This document shows, piece by piece, positions 1 to 10,700 of a DNA stretch of 64,000 bases. Where the stretch lies: the NCBI GenBank assembly GCA_965655095.1, contig OZ296649.1, positions 37,696,001-37,760,000 of the forward strand, given 5' to 3'. Within the stretch, counting starts at the first letter, position 1. The number at the start of each line of letters is the position of its first letter. The position numbers and the translations under genes were made by a program. The DNA is from Haplodiscus bocki. Its lineage: Eukaryota. The notes beneath the pieces were generated by a model, which made no database searches, had not been told where the DNA came from, and saw only the letters and a list, made by a program, of their open reading frames with translations.

Positions 1-359
1 AATTTCATTTAAATGGTTTTGGTTAGTTTGAAAAAATCTGAAATTGTTTAAGTTTTTGGATTTTCATCTAGCTTATGTATCCGATCAATGTCAGGCAAAA
101 ATTTTCCAACCGAAAAATTAGTTGAGACTTCGAAAAAGCTATGTTTGTGAATTTGGACTTCAAAATGGGTTATATTGTGATTACCATGTCAAATATGCAA
201 TTTTGGCCAATTGTATACTTGTGGAAGAAATATTAAACGATTCCTTCAAATTTCTTGATTTTCGCTAAATCAAAAGGATGCTTTAAAATAATGTAAATCA
301 CTAAGCCTGTTGGCCTCTAAATCCCTTGGTGGTTTCAGTCGTTTTGGTGTTTGTTTCAG

Positions 360-688
360 ATTTGAATATTAAAATTTTCAACTTGTTCGACAATAATCCA
401 ATTTTATGGAATTTGTTAGAGTTCATTGCCGAAGTGCGACCCACTCTCTGTCACGTCTCTAGACTGGTGTCAGCTTTACTTCACGTTCTAATAACCCTGT
501 GGGAGTCCAGTAGATCCCCAAATTGTGCGTTAGAGGAAAAATGGGTCGATGAAAGCTGCCGACTTTTGACTCTTCTTCATAAAGCGCAATTCATTCCGAA
601 ACAGTTGTCAAGTTTAAAAGAAATTCTACCATTGGTGACACCTTATGAGACTATGACTATTTTGACTTTCTGTTGGAGATACATTCAG
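360..688 (+). CDS. INTS5: Integrator complex subunit 5, penultimate exon
   Basis: Acceptor ttgtttcag|360 and donor CAG|gtaatt at 688/689 (phase 0). Translation DLNIKIFNLFDNNPILWNLLEFIAEVRPTLCHVS...LITLWESSR...LVTPYETMTILTFCWRYIQ matches my recollection of the INTS5 C-terminus (DLRI..RF..QPLLFELL..VAAAPPALCYCS...LLGHWEASR...LAPFEVRLLLLSVW). Confidence 0.75.
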
Positions 689-1044
689 GTAATTTTCCAT
701 TTAATAGAGTTGTAGATACCAAAAACTAGAAAGCAAGAGTTTTCGGAAGTTTTTGGTCATATAATTGTTCCCGCAACAAAGTCTGTCTGTATTACGATCG
801 TATGAATTCACAACTGTTGATATTGTTCGAAGCATTTCAAATAATTTTATGATTCTTACCTGAGTTTCTACTTCTTGAAAATTTAGTGTTCAAATTTCAA
901 CTATTAGATGAAAAAGTGAAGGAAAAAATTGATAGAAATGATTGACAGGCTTCAAGCGTATCTTCTTTAAAAAAAGTATCTCAAGTCAGCTTTTGTGCCC
1001 GAGTCAAATGATCGTTTGTTTATTTGATTGAGATTTTGTTTCAG

Positions 1045-1218
1045 GAAAGTCCTCCGGAAACTTCGAATTACATCAGCAGCTCTTCGAAAGGATATCCTGA
1101 CAGAAACTTTTTGAAGAATCTTCCCCAACAACAATCAGATGCAATTCATTTAATTTTTCTGTCAAACATGTCAAACTTGGGGCTTCATTTCGAAAAATAT
1201 TTTTTCAGTGCAATTTAG
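1045..1218 (+). CDS. INTS5: Integrator complex subunit 5, last exon
   Basis: Acceptor ttttgtttcag|1045 in phase 0, matching the upstream donor. ESPP...GYPDRNF...IHLIFLSNMSNLGLHFEKYF resembles the INTS5 end (GRFIRDF...LHSVLHRNIDRLGLF). TAG at 1216-1218. Confidence 0.72.
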   Translation, partial: ESPPETSNYISSSSKGYPDRNFLKNLPQQQSDAIHLIFLSNMSNLGLHFEKYFFSAI

Positions 1219-1984
1219 ATTATAAAACTCGCGTTGTTTTCAAATTACAGATTGGCGGACGTTGATGTTCTAGTGTAATGGGCTCCTTAGTTTTGGCCAC
1301 GCGATCTCCAATGTTCAGTTGAATCGTGGTTTATTATCTTCATTGGAGACTAACTGAACGTTTACTTTTCATAAGTTTATCTGAGTGGAAAGTGTTTTTT
1401 TCGAGTTTTATTAGGGCTTCCAGAAATTTTCGGAAGGGTTAAAGGCGTTTCTCGTACGCAAAATATTCATTTTTCCCTTGAATTACCCCTAAACAAGGTA
1501 GGGGCAAAAGAGAAGGTCGAAAATTCGTGGGATCACAAAAAAATTATCGGAGTAAAAATTGAAGTCTGGAATTTTTCATCTCAAATTTGAGTACTTGAAA
1601 CATTAGTCGGCTGGAAATTCATTTGAATATCGAGCCGAAGGTTTCGGTTTTATTTCTGCTTACGGCTGGACTTTTTTCTATATAAGTATAGGAATTGTAA
1701 TGTCAAAATTACAAATTAAGGAGTTGGGCTTATTTTTTTGTGAGCTAGATATGAAATGTTTATATGCACTCAGTCGAGCTGATATCCTGTTTGAAGGGCG
1801 AAAGAAGGTTGAATGACTATTTAGTCTAGGATTTCAGGTATTGCTAGTCGGCGCTTTGAAAACAGAACGACTATTGCAGTATTACCGTGACTGTTTTTTT
1901 TTCGTAAGACGCTCTTACTCCGAATCGATTCACTCTTCTTTATCGCAAAAAAACTTCATACGAAAAGTTGCCAAAACACCCGTG

Positions 1985-3210
1985 TATCCGCCCAAAAAAC
2001 TGCTAAACTATCGGCGGAATATCGAGAGATTAATGAACGTTTTTTCGGTATGTTTAAGTTGTCTTCCAAAACAAAAACTATGGTTTCGAAAGACTAATTT
2101 TAGTACCTGGTTCTCTCTCGAACATCCGCCACTAGAATTTGCGCCAATTAGGTCTGCCAGCGCCTGAATGTTGGCGGAAAAGCGAGTGGTGTCTTCGATA
2201 TCTTTTGAATTTCTTTTGCTATGCTGAATTTTCCAAAACAGAAACTCTTGTTTCGAAAATAATAATTTAGTTCCGGGCTTTCCCTTGAATATCAACCGCT
2301 CCAACTGCGGCCAACCAGGTTTATCAGCGCCAGAATGTTGGAGAAAAATTGAGTGGTGGTTAATCAAAGTTTACTCAATTTCTCTTGCTATACTGAATTT
2401 TCTTCCAAAACAAGAAAATAATACTTGTACGTGGTTTTCTCTTGAATTCTGTCACTCTAATTTCCGCCAACTAAGTCTGACAACGCGCTAAGGTTGGCAG
2501 TAAACGAGGGTTTACTGAACTTCCGTTTGGATATATTGAAAACCAAAACTGGCTTCGAGACAATAATTATCTGGATTTCTATCGAACATTCGCCGCTCCA
2601 GTTTCCGCCAATGAGGTCAGAGAACGGGCGAATGTTGGCGAAAAGTCAAGTGGTGATTAGTTAAGAGTTTATTGAAGTTTTCTTCTATACTGAATTTTCT
2701 CCCAAAAACAAAAAATAATTGTTCTACCTGGTTTTCCCTCGAACATTCGCCACTGGAATTTCCGCCAAATAGGTCTTTCAACACGGAAATGTTGGCGGAA
2801 AATCGAGTGGCTGATAATCGAGAGATTACTGAACTTCATTTTTGGTATATTGAAAACAATTATGGTTTCGAAAAAATAATTGTAGTGTATGGTTTCACGT
2901 TGAATATCCGTCACTCAAATTTCCGCGAACTGGGTGTGCTAACGCAAGCATGTTGGCGGAAAACGGAGTCGTGGATAATCTAGGGTTTACTGAATTTCAC
3001 TTTGGGTATATTCAAAACAAAAACTGGTTTCGAGACACTAATTGTCTGGATTTCTATCGAACATCCAATTTCCGCCAATTAAGTTTGAAAACGGGCAGAT
3101 GTTGGCGAAAATTCGAGTGGCCAATAATCGATAGTTTATTCAAGTTCTCTTTTGCTATTCCGAATTTTCCTCCAGAACAATTGGAAAAATAATTAGTACC
3201 TGGTTTTCCA
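1985..3210. repeat. Degenerate ~155-bp tandem repeat (7-8 units), each unit with an internal inverted repeat TTTCCGCCAA-N23-TTGGCGGAAA
   Basis: Left arms at 2138, 2305, 2461, 2602, 2759, 2920 and 3069; unit spacing 141-167 bp; shared flanking motifs (gaacatccgcc, gagtgg, tactgaa). Confidence 0.85.
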
Positions 3211-3784
3211 ATTATTTCAAACATCAAGTCCGTTCTGAGTATTCTGAGCCATATGGGCGGCGCCCACTTTGGCAATTCTTGGCTTGTTTAGGCATTAAGC
3301 TTGCTTAAGGCCTCTATTTTTTTTCTTTGCGACTTTTCGAGCGTCTCTTGCAAACGGACTCATAGCTGGCCACATAAACAATAATTAGAAGTCTTTCATG
3401 TTGGTTATATACTTTCTTTCATTCGCATTTGATTTCTTTCGCTTCCAAGAAGTACTTTTCGTTTTGAAGTAAATTAAAATCAATGAAAGATCAGCACAGT
3501 TAAAATATTCTTCACTTCATCGCTATGTACGTCATTATTCACTCTTCGTTTTCAATTCCATGTAACAATTGATTCAGATAGTCTCTGAAATTTGTCAATT
3601 TAATTCACATCCTTTTTTCTGGTTTTTCTGAATTAATTCAGTTTTTAATAATTTGCTCAATTCCATTTTTTTACTATGCTTAAATCTGAGCGCTTAATGC
3701 CTATGCTTGAGTGGTCGGATGCGTGATAAACTGGATCGGAATAATTTTGACGTAACTTACTTTCAATCACTTCTATTTATTTGC

Positions 3785-5090
3785 TGCGCTTCTGCAAGGT
3801 AGAGCGAATGTCATTATTTTCTCTTCGATTTCAAGTTTATGTAGTTTTTTCAATTCAAATTTTCTCAAATTTGTCAGTTTATTTCGTTTCCTATTTCCTA
3901 CTTTTTCAAAAGTATCAGCAAATTTTTGCTAAATTCTCTCATTTCCAATTTTGTACCCCTTCAAATTCTTAGCGTTTAATACCTGGCATCGTTGATGCCT
4001 ATATTTCGAATTACGTTATTTGTCGAATCTTCTGTGATTGTCGCTTTAATACTGCGACCAGGGTTTCAATGTGAATTATACTTCGGTTGCGACTGAACAT
4101 TTTTAAACGTTACTTTCCGAGAATGGGTTCAAAATATTTCACTTGGAAAACTTTGGATTTTTCCGTATTGTTTTCCCGAGCCTGCTAATCTAATTGTTTT
4201 TTGCAGTTCTTGAATGGCCAGAGAAAGGTAATTCTACAATTTTTCCGGCCATGTGGAAGGGGGTGTTTGACATTAAAACTTTGAACTGGTTGTTGCTTGC
4301 AAGCTTGAGCATTTTTGAGTTGTGGCGTCGCTAAAGGGAGCTCCCTGAATTGATTCACTGGATTGTTACCGGAGCATGTTCGAGTAGCTTTTGAAGGCTG
4401 CATGACGAATGTTAATTGCTTAGAAGTTTAGAATTGTGAAATTTTTCCTCAAAGCGTTTTTTATATGACTCATCTGTTGATTCTGTTCCCAATCTACTAG
4501 GTTTCGGTTTGAAGCAAGGGTTTTTTTCAGTGAAATTATCTTACAGGATGCTGAAATGTCTCATTTTTCTGGATGACCATCTGCTTTCCTTTGTTGGTAT
4601 CAAAAATTGCCTCTGTTTTCGTCTTTGGCATCAAGTGAAAGCTTGAGGCCTGTTGCTTTTGATTTTTCTTTTCGGTCTTAAGCTGATTTTTGGGATCTCC
4701 TCGATGTGAATTTCATTCATTACGATTAATTTTGCTTATCAAGTGGGCGTCACTATTCACTCTAATCGCTTGCGAAGTAGATGTTAAGTGGTTCAAATTT
4801 TCTGTGAAAGTTTGTTTTTCACCATCATAATCCAAAAGTGTCAGTTAGTATTAATTCATCTTTTCACCATCATAATCCAAAAGTGTCAGTTAGTATTAAT
4901 TCATCTTTTTTTCCACCCAGCTAACTTAGCTCTTAATTCCATAGCGTCCTTGATTTCTATGCTTTACAGATGGGGCAAAACCTAGGTTTCACCTGGGAAG
5001 CGCTGATACGGTTTGTTGAAACTAACTAAAAGAAATTAGTATGTGCGACTTCAGAATGTGTACCTTATTTCGAATAAAAGTGGAACTTCA
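3785..5090 (+). repeat. Dispersed repeat A, copy 1 (probable TE remnant)
   Basis: Collinear with 16890-17895, e.g. ttatttgtcgaatct, ttagtattaattcatc and gatggggcaaaacctaggttt occur in both copies. Confidence 0.8.
4816..4905 (+). repeat. Perfect 45-bp tandem duplication
   Basis: ttttcaccatcataatccaaaagtgtcagttagtattaattcatc occurs twice; repeat A copy 2 has only one such unit. Confidence 0.95.
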
Positions 5091-5829
5091 TCGCCGGTTT
5101 CAGAAAAATTCTATTTCAGTTATCGTGCTAATGGACCAAAAAAAACCAGAATAGCGTTATTATTTTGTTCCCTTGTTTTAATATGGGAAGAAATCCTTCC
5201 CTCGCTGCGTGCGTTTCTAGTGCACTTGCTGATTGCTCGATTCAGCGACTCTGACAAATTTTAGGATTCTATCCTGGATTTTTGTCACAAATTGCAGGTT
5301 TGCTGAAAGTTTGTTTAAACTGCGAGTATTTTTCAAAATTACCAGAACCTCATCAGAATTTCTCTTTGGAGTTAAGTGAAGCAAATTTTGGTCGACATGT
5401 CCCTTCTTTTCCACCCGGTCAAAACGCTTTTTTCCGGCATTCTAATGTCCGAGAAAATTTTTACATTTGTATAGGGCTCGAAGCTGGAACGTGTGACTTT
5501 CAAAGCGTTCGCTGTATCGAACGCCATCTAATCCGGCAGGCTGAGATTACTCGTATAAATATATATTACAGAAGCTCTTCTTCTGGAATTGAAGGAAGTT
5601 TTTTACGAAATTAAATGCGCTTTTTGGAGACTATCGATTGGATTGTGACCGTTTTATGATTTTCCAAACACTTTCGAGCCGGTAAATTGGTTGGTGTCGC
5701 GAACTTCATTCGATGATTTTTTGCGAAATATCTTCAGTTATAATCGAAATTTAATGTTTTTACTTGTCTCAATTGTTGACTTTTCTCAATGATCAGTAGT
5801 CAGACGGGGTCCATCTACCACTGATTCAA

Positions 5830-6600
5830 TTACTTGTGAGCGATAGGTTTTGTGGAATAGCTTGTAGGCTGTATTCTAATTATATTGCTTAAAATCTTCA
5901 CTAGAAATTGAAAAAATTGAAGATCTTTATACTTGCATTGTTCGTAAAAATTATTTTCCCCTCTAGAAAGTAATCGCATTGCGTACACATTGCTCCCTTG
6001 CAAATACTCACTGTCTGGAGCTTTTGTTGAACATAGAGAAAGGTCTTTTTCGACTTTTCGTACGAGAAATCGCAGCTTGTAATAAAAAAAAATGAAGTTT
6101 TCTTTCGCATTGATCGATGTAGGTAATTTTCTTGATGACCAGTTCTTCGGTTGCTCCCCCCTATCCAGAGTTGTTTTGACTTCTTTTGTTTGGAAGTTTT
6201 CTTTGGAGGCAGGGGGATGTCTGTTTTGCCGTTTTCCTGCATAATTTTTGAACTTGCAAATGGAAAATGTTGCTTTTATCTTGCGGCTTTGATCAAATGC
6301 TGGTTTCTCTGTGCCTATTTGATGAATTGTGCTAGCCAGCGAGCAATCAGGTACCGTTCCCTCGAGGATTGGTGTAGTATCAGCGGTTGTCTGTTTTTGC
6401 TGTACGTAGCCAATAGAACGTTGTTGCACATTTCTGTGCTGTTCCGACAGCTCTCTGACAGAAGAGTTCCTTCAGGCTTCGCCAATCGTTTGTAGTTCGT
6501 GCCGTGGTTATAGTGTGGCTTTCGATTCTATCTTGTTAATTCGGAATAAGGCATTAAAAATCTGATGTTTTCGTTAGGGGTGGCGATGTTCAAAAAATGT
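5830..6600 (-). pseudogene. Possible decayed integrase C-terminal fragment (Polinton/Ginger-like)
   Basis: Minus-strand RNVQQRSIGYVQQKQT...TIHQIGTEKPA...KENFIFFYYKL weakly resembles the RTLK.RL.RY...T.H.SIG..P...G.FY..EL pattern; frameshifted. Confidence 0.3.
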
Positions 6601-7127
6601 GTCTTTTGCGACTTCTGCTAGATGCTCTACCAACGAAGTTGTTTTCGCTCGAGAATTGAAAATTGTATCTTGATTATGAAATTTTACTTTTTACACTAGC
6701 GTTCCGTTGGCGCAAGTGTTGCAAAGCCCAGCTTCGCTTCTGTGTGAAATTTGACTAATTGATCATTGTGATAAAAGTTGTTGAATTTTTGTCATATTTT
6801 GTTCATTTTTTTTCTGAGCGTTCAATTGTCCATGTCTTTTTTCGGCAAAACTTTATTTTTGATCATTCTTCTTTTTGATTGTTTAATTGTCCAAGTCTCT
6901 TTGCTACTAATTCTTGAATGTCATGCCTTTTTTTGATTATACGAGTTCATTCGAAAATTGTTGATAAAATTGTAGCTTCATTATGGAAAGCTCGCCTCTT
7001 GTGTTTGTTTAAGATACGAATCTGGTAAAAGTAGCACATTGAGTTCATTATGTTGCCTATTTTAAATTTTCTGTTGGAATCTTTATCCAATCTCAAAAAT
7101 ACCAATTTCAGTTGAAAATTCTTTCAG

Positions 7128-7175
7128 GTGCCTAAGAGCTGGAATATTTTTTCAAGATTGCCTTTTTCAGACGAA
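7128..7175 (+). CDS. NOLC1: Candidate 48-nt upstream exon of Nopp140 (coding VPKSWNIFSRLPFSDE, or 5' UTR)
   Basis: Strong splice sites attctttcag|...GAA|gtaagt; length is a multiple of 3 and in phase with the acceptor at 7739/7740. Confidence 0.5.
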
Positions 7176-7191
7176 GTAAGTTGTTTTTTAA

Positions 7192-7315
7192 GTATATATC
7201 TTTATATGTATATTTATATGTATATGTTAATGTATATGGTAATGTATATGTATAGGTATATGTTAATGTATATGTTTATGTATATATTTATGTGTATATG
7301 TATGTATATATATTT
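7192..7315. repeat. Degenerate (TATATG)n microsatellite, intronic
   Basis: Run of tatatg/tgtata/ttaatg hexamers. Confidence 0.9.
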
Positions 7316-7739
7316 AGAAGATGAGAATTAAACTTTTTCACGAGACTTTTTACACTTCTTGGCTGAAAGGAAGAATGTGTATTCGAAACGGTTTATGCCG
7401 TTTTTTGCCCTGTGCAAAATTTTACATTTGTACCCTGGCTTCCGAATTTGTACCCACCGATAGGTACTACACACTATACGCTATTTCAGGAGCTAACTTT
7501 TTATCCATTTCTGAAAATTTTTTTCATACAAGATGTCCGCGAATACTTTTTGAATGTAAGTTTCCCAAAAAAGTCGTAACCCAATTTAAGTCTTTGAAAG
7601 CAAGTTTTCATAGGTTTTCTCTTCGTCCTAGTTGATAACTGCTTCCGTTTAGGGCTTTTCTAATATATGCTTACCATGAAAAATATGCATTTGTTTTTTA
7701 CCTAGTCGTGTTCTATATTTGAAGACTGCAACTTTTTAG

Positions 7740-10700
7740 ACCTTGATGAGAGACGTTAGTAAAGTGAAAGGACAACAAGCGGGTGCCTTGAAACATGTCA
7801 ACGGAAAATTAGGAAATCTGAAATTTAACGGAAAAGCTGTGCATAAAGCTCCAGTTGTGAAAACTTGTACGCCCAAGAAACCCAATGTTCCTCAAGAATC
7901 TTCTGATGACGATTCCGACGACGAAATACCGAACAAACGGGGCCTTGTCAACACTGCAAATAATGAAAGAAAAACAATACAAAAAGCACAACAACCTTCT
8001 GATGAGGACACTTTTGATGATCCTCCTGCAAAACCGCCAGCTGCGAAGAAACTATCACCGAAGAAACCGATGCCAAGGTCACCACAGCCTGAATCCTCTG
8101 AAGAGGACTCTGACGATGAGCCACCTGTAAAGCCAGTTGCTTCAAAAAAATCTACAGTTAATAAACCAAAAGCATTACAACAGAAGCAATCATCTTATGA
8201 CGGTCCTCCAAAGGTCCCAACTACAAAGAAAACTGGCACTACTCGAACGAAGCCATTGCCAAAACCGACACAGCCTGAAAATTCTGACGAGGATTCTGAT
8301 GATGAACTTCCTACAAAGCCTACAATTCCGAAAAAAAATGCTGTCGACGCCGCAACACTAGTACAAAAACAGCGGCAACCATCATCTGACGAAGACTCTG
8401 ATGACAGCACTCCTCAGAAACCGCCACTTCCGACAAAGCTTACTATAACTTCGGGAAAGACCATACTTAACCTACAAAATACATCTGATGAAGACTCAGA
8501 TAAACCGGCAGCAAAGTCTATAGCAGATAAACCTGTTGCACCCGCGAAACCAGTGCAGAAAATGAAGCAGCAAGAATCTTCTGACGAGACATCGGACAAT
8601 GAACCACCCGTCAAGCCATATGTTGCAACGAAACCTACTGTTGCTCCGACTAAACCCGAGCAGAAGACAAAGCAGCAAGAATCTTCTGACGAGGAGTCTG
8701 ACGATGAACCCCCCGTCAAGCCACCTGTTGCAAAAAAACCTGCTGCTGCTCCGACTGAAACCGTGCGGAAGACAAAGCAACAAGAATCTTCTGATGAGGA
8801 TTCTGACGATGAACCACCCGCGAAGCCACAAGTTGCTAAGAAACCCGATATTTCCCCTGCGAAACCCGTGCAGAAAACGCAGCAACCAGAATCTTCTGAT
8901 GAGGATTCTGACGATGAACCACCAGCGAAGCCACAAGTTGCTAAGAAATCCGCTGTTGCCCCTGCGAAACCCGTACAGAAAACGAAGCAACAGGAATCTT
9001 CTGACGAAACATCTGACAATGAACTACCCGTCAAGCCTCCTGTTGCAAAGAAACCTACTGTTGCTCCGATTAAACCCGTGCAGAAGACAAAGCAACCAGA
9101 ATCTTCTGATGAGGATTCTGACGATGAACCACCAGCGAAGTCACAAGTTGCTAAGAAACCCGCTGTTTCCTCTGCGAAACCCGTGCAGAAAACGCAGCAA
9201 CCAGAATCTTCTGATGAGGATTCTGACAATGAGCCACCAGCGAAGCCACAAGTTGCTAAGAAACCCGCTGTTGCCCCTGCGAAACCCGTACAGAAAACCA
9301 AGCAACAGGAATCTTCTGACGAAACATCTGACAATGAACTACCCGTCAAGCCTCCTGTTGCAAAGAAACCTGCTGTTGCTCCGACTAAACCCGTGCAGAA
9401 GACAAAGCAACCAGAATCTTCTGATGAGGATTCTGACGATGAACCACCAGCGAAGCAACAAGTTGCTAAGAAACCCGCTGTTGCCCCTGCGAAACCCGTA
9501 CAGAAAACGAGGCAACAGGAATCTTCTGACGAAACATCTGACAATGAACTACCCGTCAAGCCTCCTGTTGCAAAGAAACCTACTGTTGCTCCGACTAAAC
9601 CCGTGCAGAAGACAAAGCAACCAGAATCTTCTGATGCGGTTTCTGACGATGAACCACCAGCGAAACTACAAGTTGCTAAGAAACCCGCTGTTGCTCCGAA
9701 GAAACCCGTGCAGAAGACAAAACAACAAGAATCTTCTGATGAGGAGTCTGACGATGATTCACCAGCGATACCACAAGTTGCTAAAAAACCCGCTGTTGCC
9801 CCTGCGAAACCCGTGCAGAAAACGAAGCAACAAGAATCTTCTGACGAGACATCTGACAATGAACCACAGGTCAAGCCACCTGTTGCAAAGAAACCTTCTG
9901 TTGCTCCGACTAAACCCGTACAGAAAACGAAGCAACATGAATCTTCTGACGAAACATCTGACAATGAACTACCCGTCAAGCCTCCTGCTGCAAAGAAACC
10001 TGCTGTTGCTCCGACTAAACCCGTGCAGAAGACAAAGCAAACAGAATCTTCTGATGAGGATTCTGACGATGAACCACCAGCGAAGCCACAAGTTGCTGAG
10101 AAACCCGCTGTTGCCCCTGCGAAACCCGTGCAGAAAACGAAGCAACAAGAATCTTCTGACGAGACATCTGACAATGAACCACCCGTCAAGCCACCTGTTG
10201 CAAAGAAACCTGCTGTTGCTCCGACTAAACCCGTACAGAAAGCGAAGCAACAGGAATCTTCTGACGAGACATCTGACAATGAACCACCCGTCAAGCCACC
10301 TGTTGCAAAGAAACCTGCTGTTGCTCCGACTAAACCCGTACAGAAAACGAAGCAACATGAATCTTCTGACAAAACATCTGACAATGAACTACCCGTCAAG
10401 CCTCCTGTTGCAAAGAAACCTGTTGCTCCGACTAAACCCGTGCAGAAGACAAAGCAACCAGAATCTTCTGATGAGGATTCTGACGATGAACCACCAGCGA
10501 AACTACAAGTTGCTAAGAAACCCGCTGTTGCGCCTGCGAAATCGGTGCAGAAAACGAAGCAACAAGAATCTTCTGACGAGACGTCTGACAATGAACCACC
10601 CGTCAAGCCACCTGTTGCAAAGAAACCTGCTGTTGCTCCGACTAAAGCCGTACAGAAAACGAAGCAACATGAATCGTCTGACGAAACATCTGACAATGAA

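Noticed and set aside
1985-3210. CRISPR-like array
   Set aside because: The spacers are diverged versions of one consensus, the repeats are degenerate, the context is eukaryotic and there are no cas genes.
5180-5264. LisH-like peptide EEILPSLRAFLVHLL...DKF as the first Nopp140 exon
   Set aside because: Resemblance is weak, it ends in a stop with no usable donor, and I found no convincing start.
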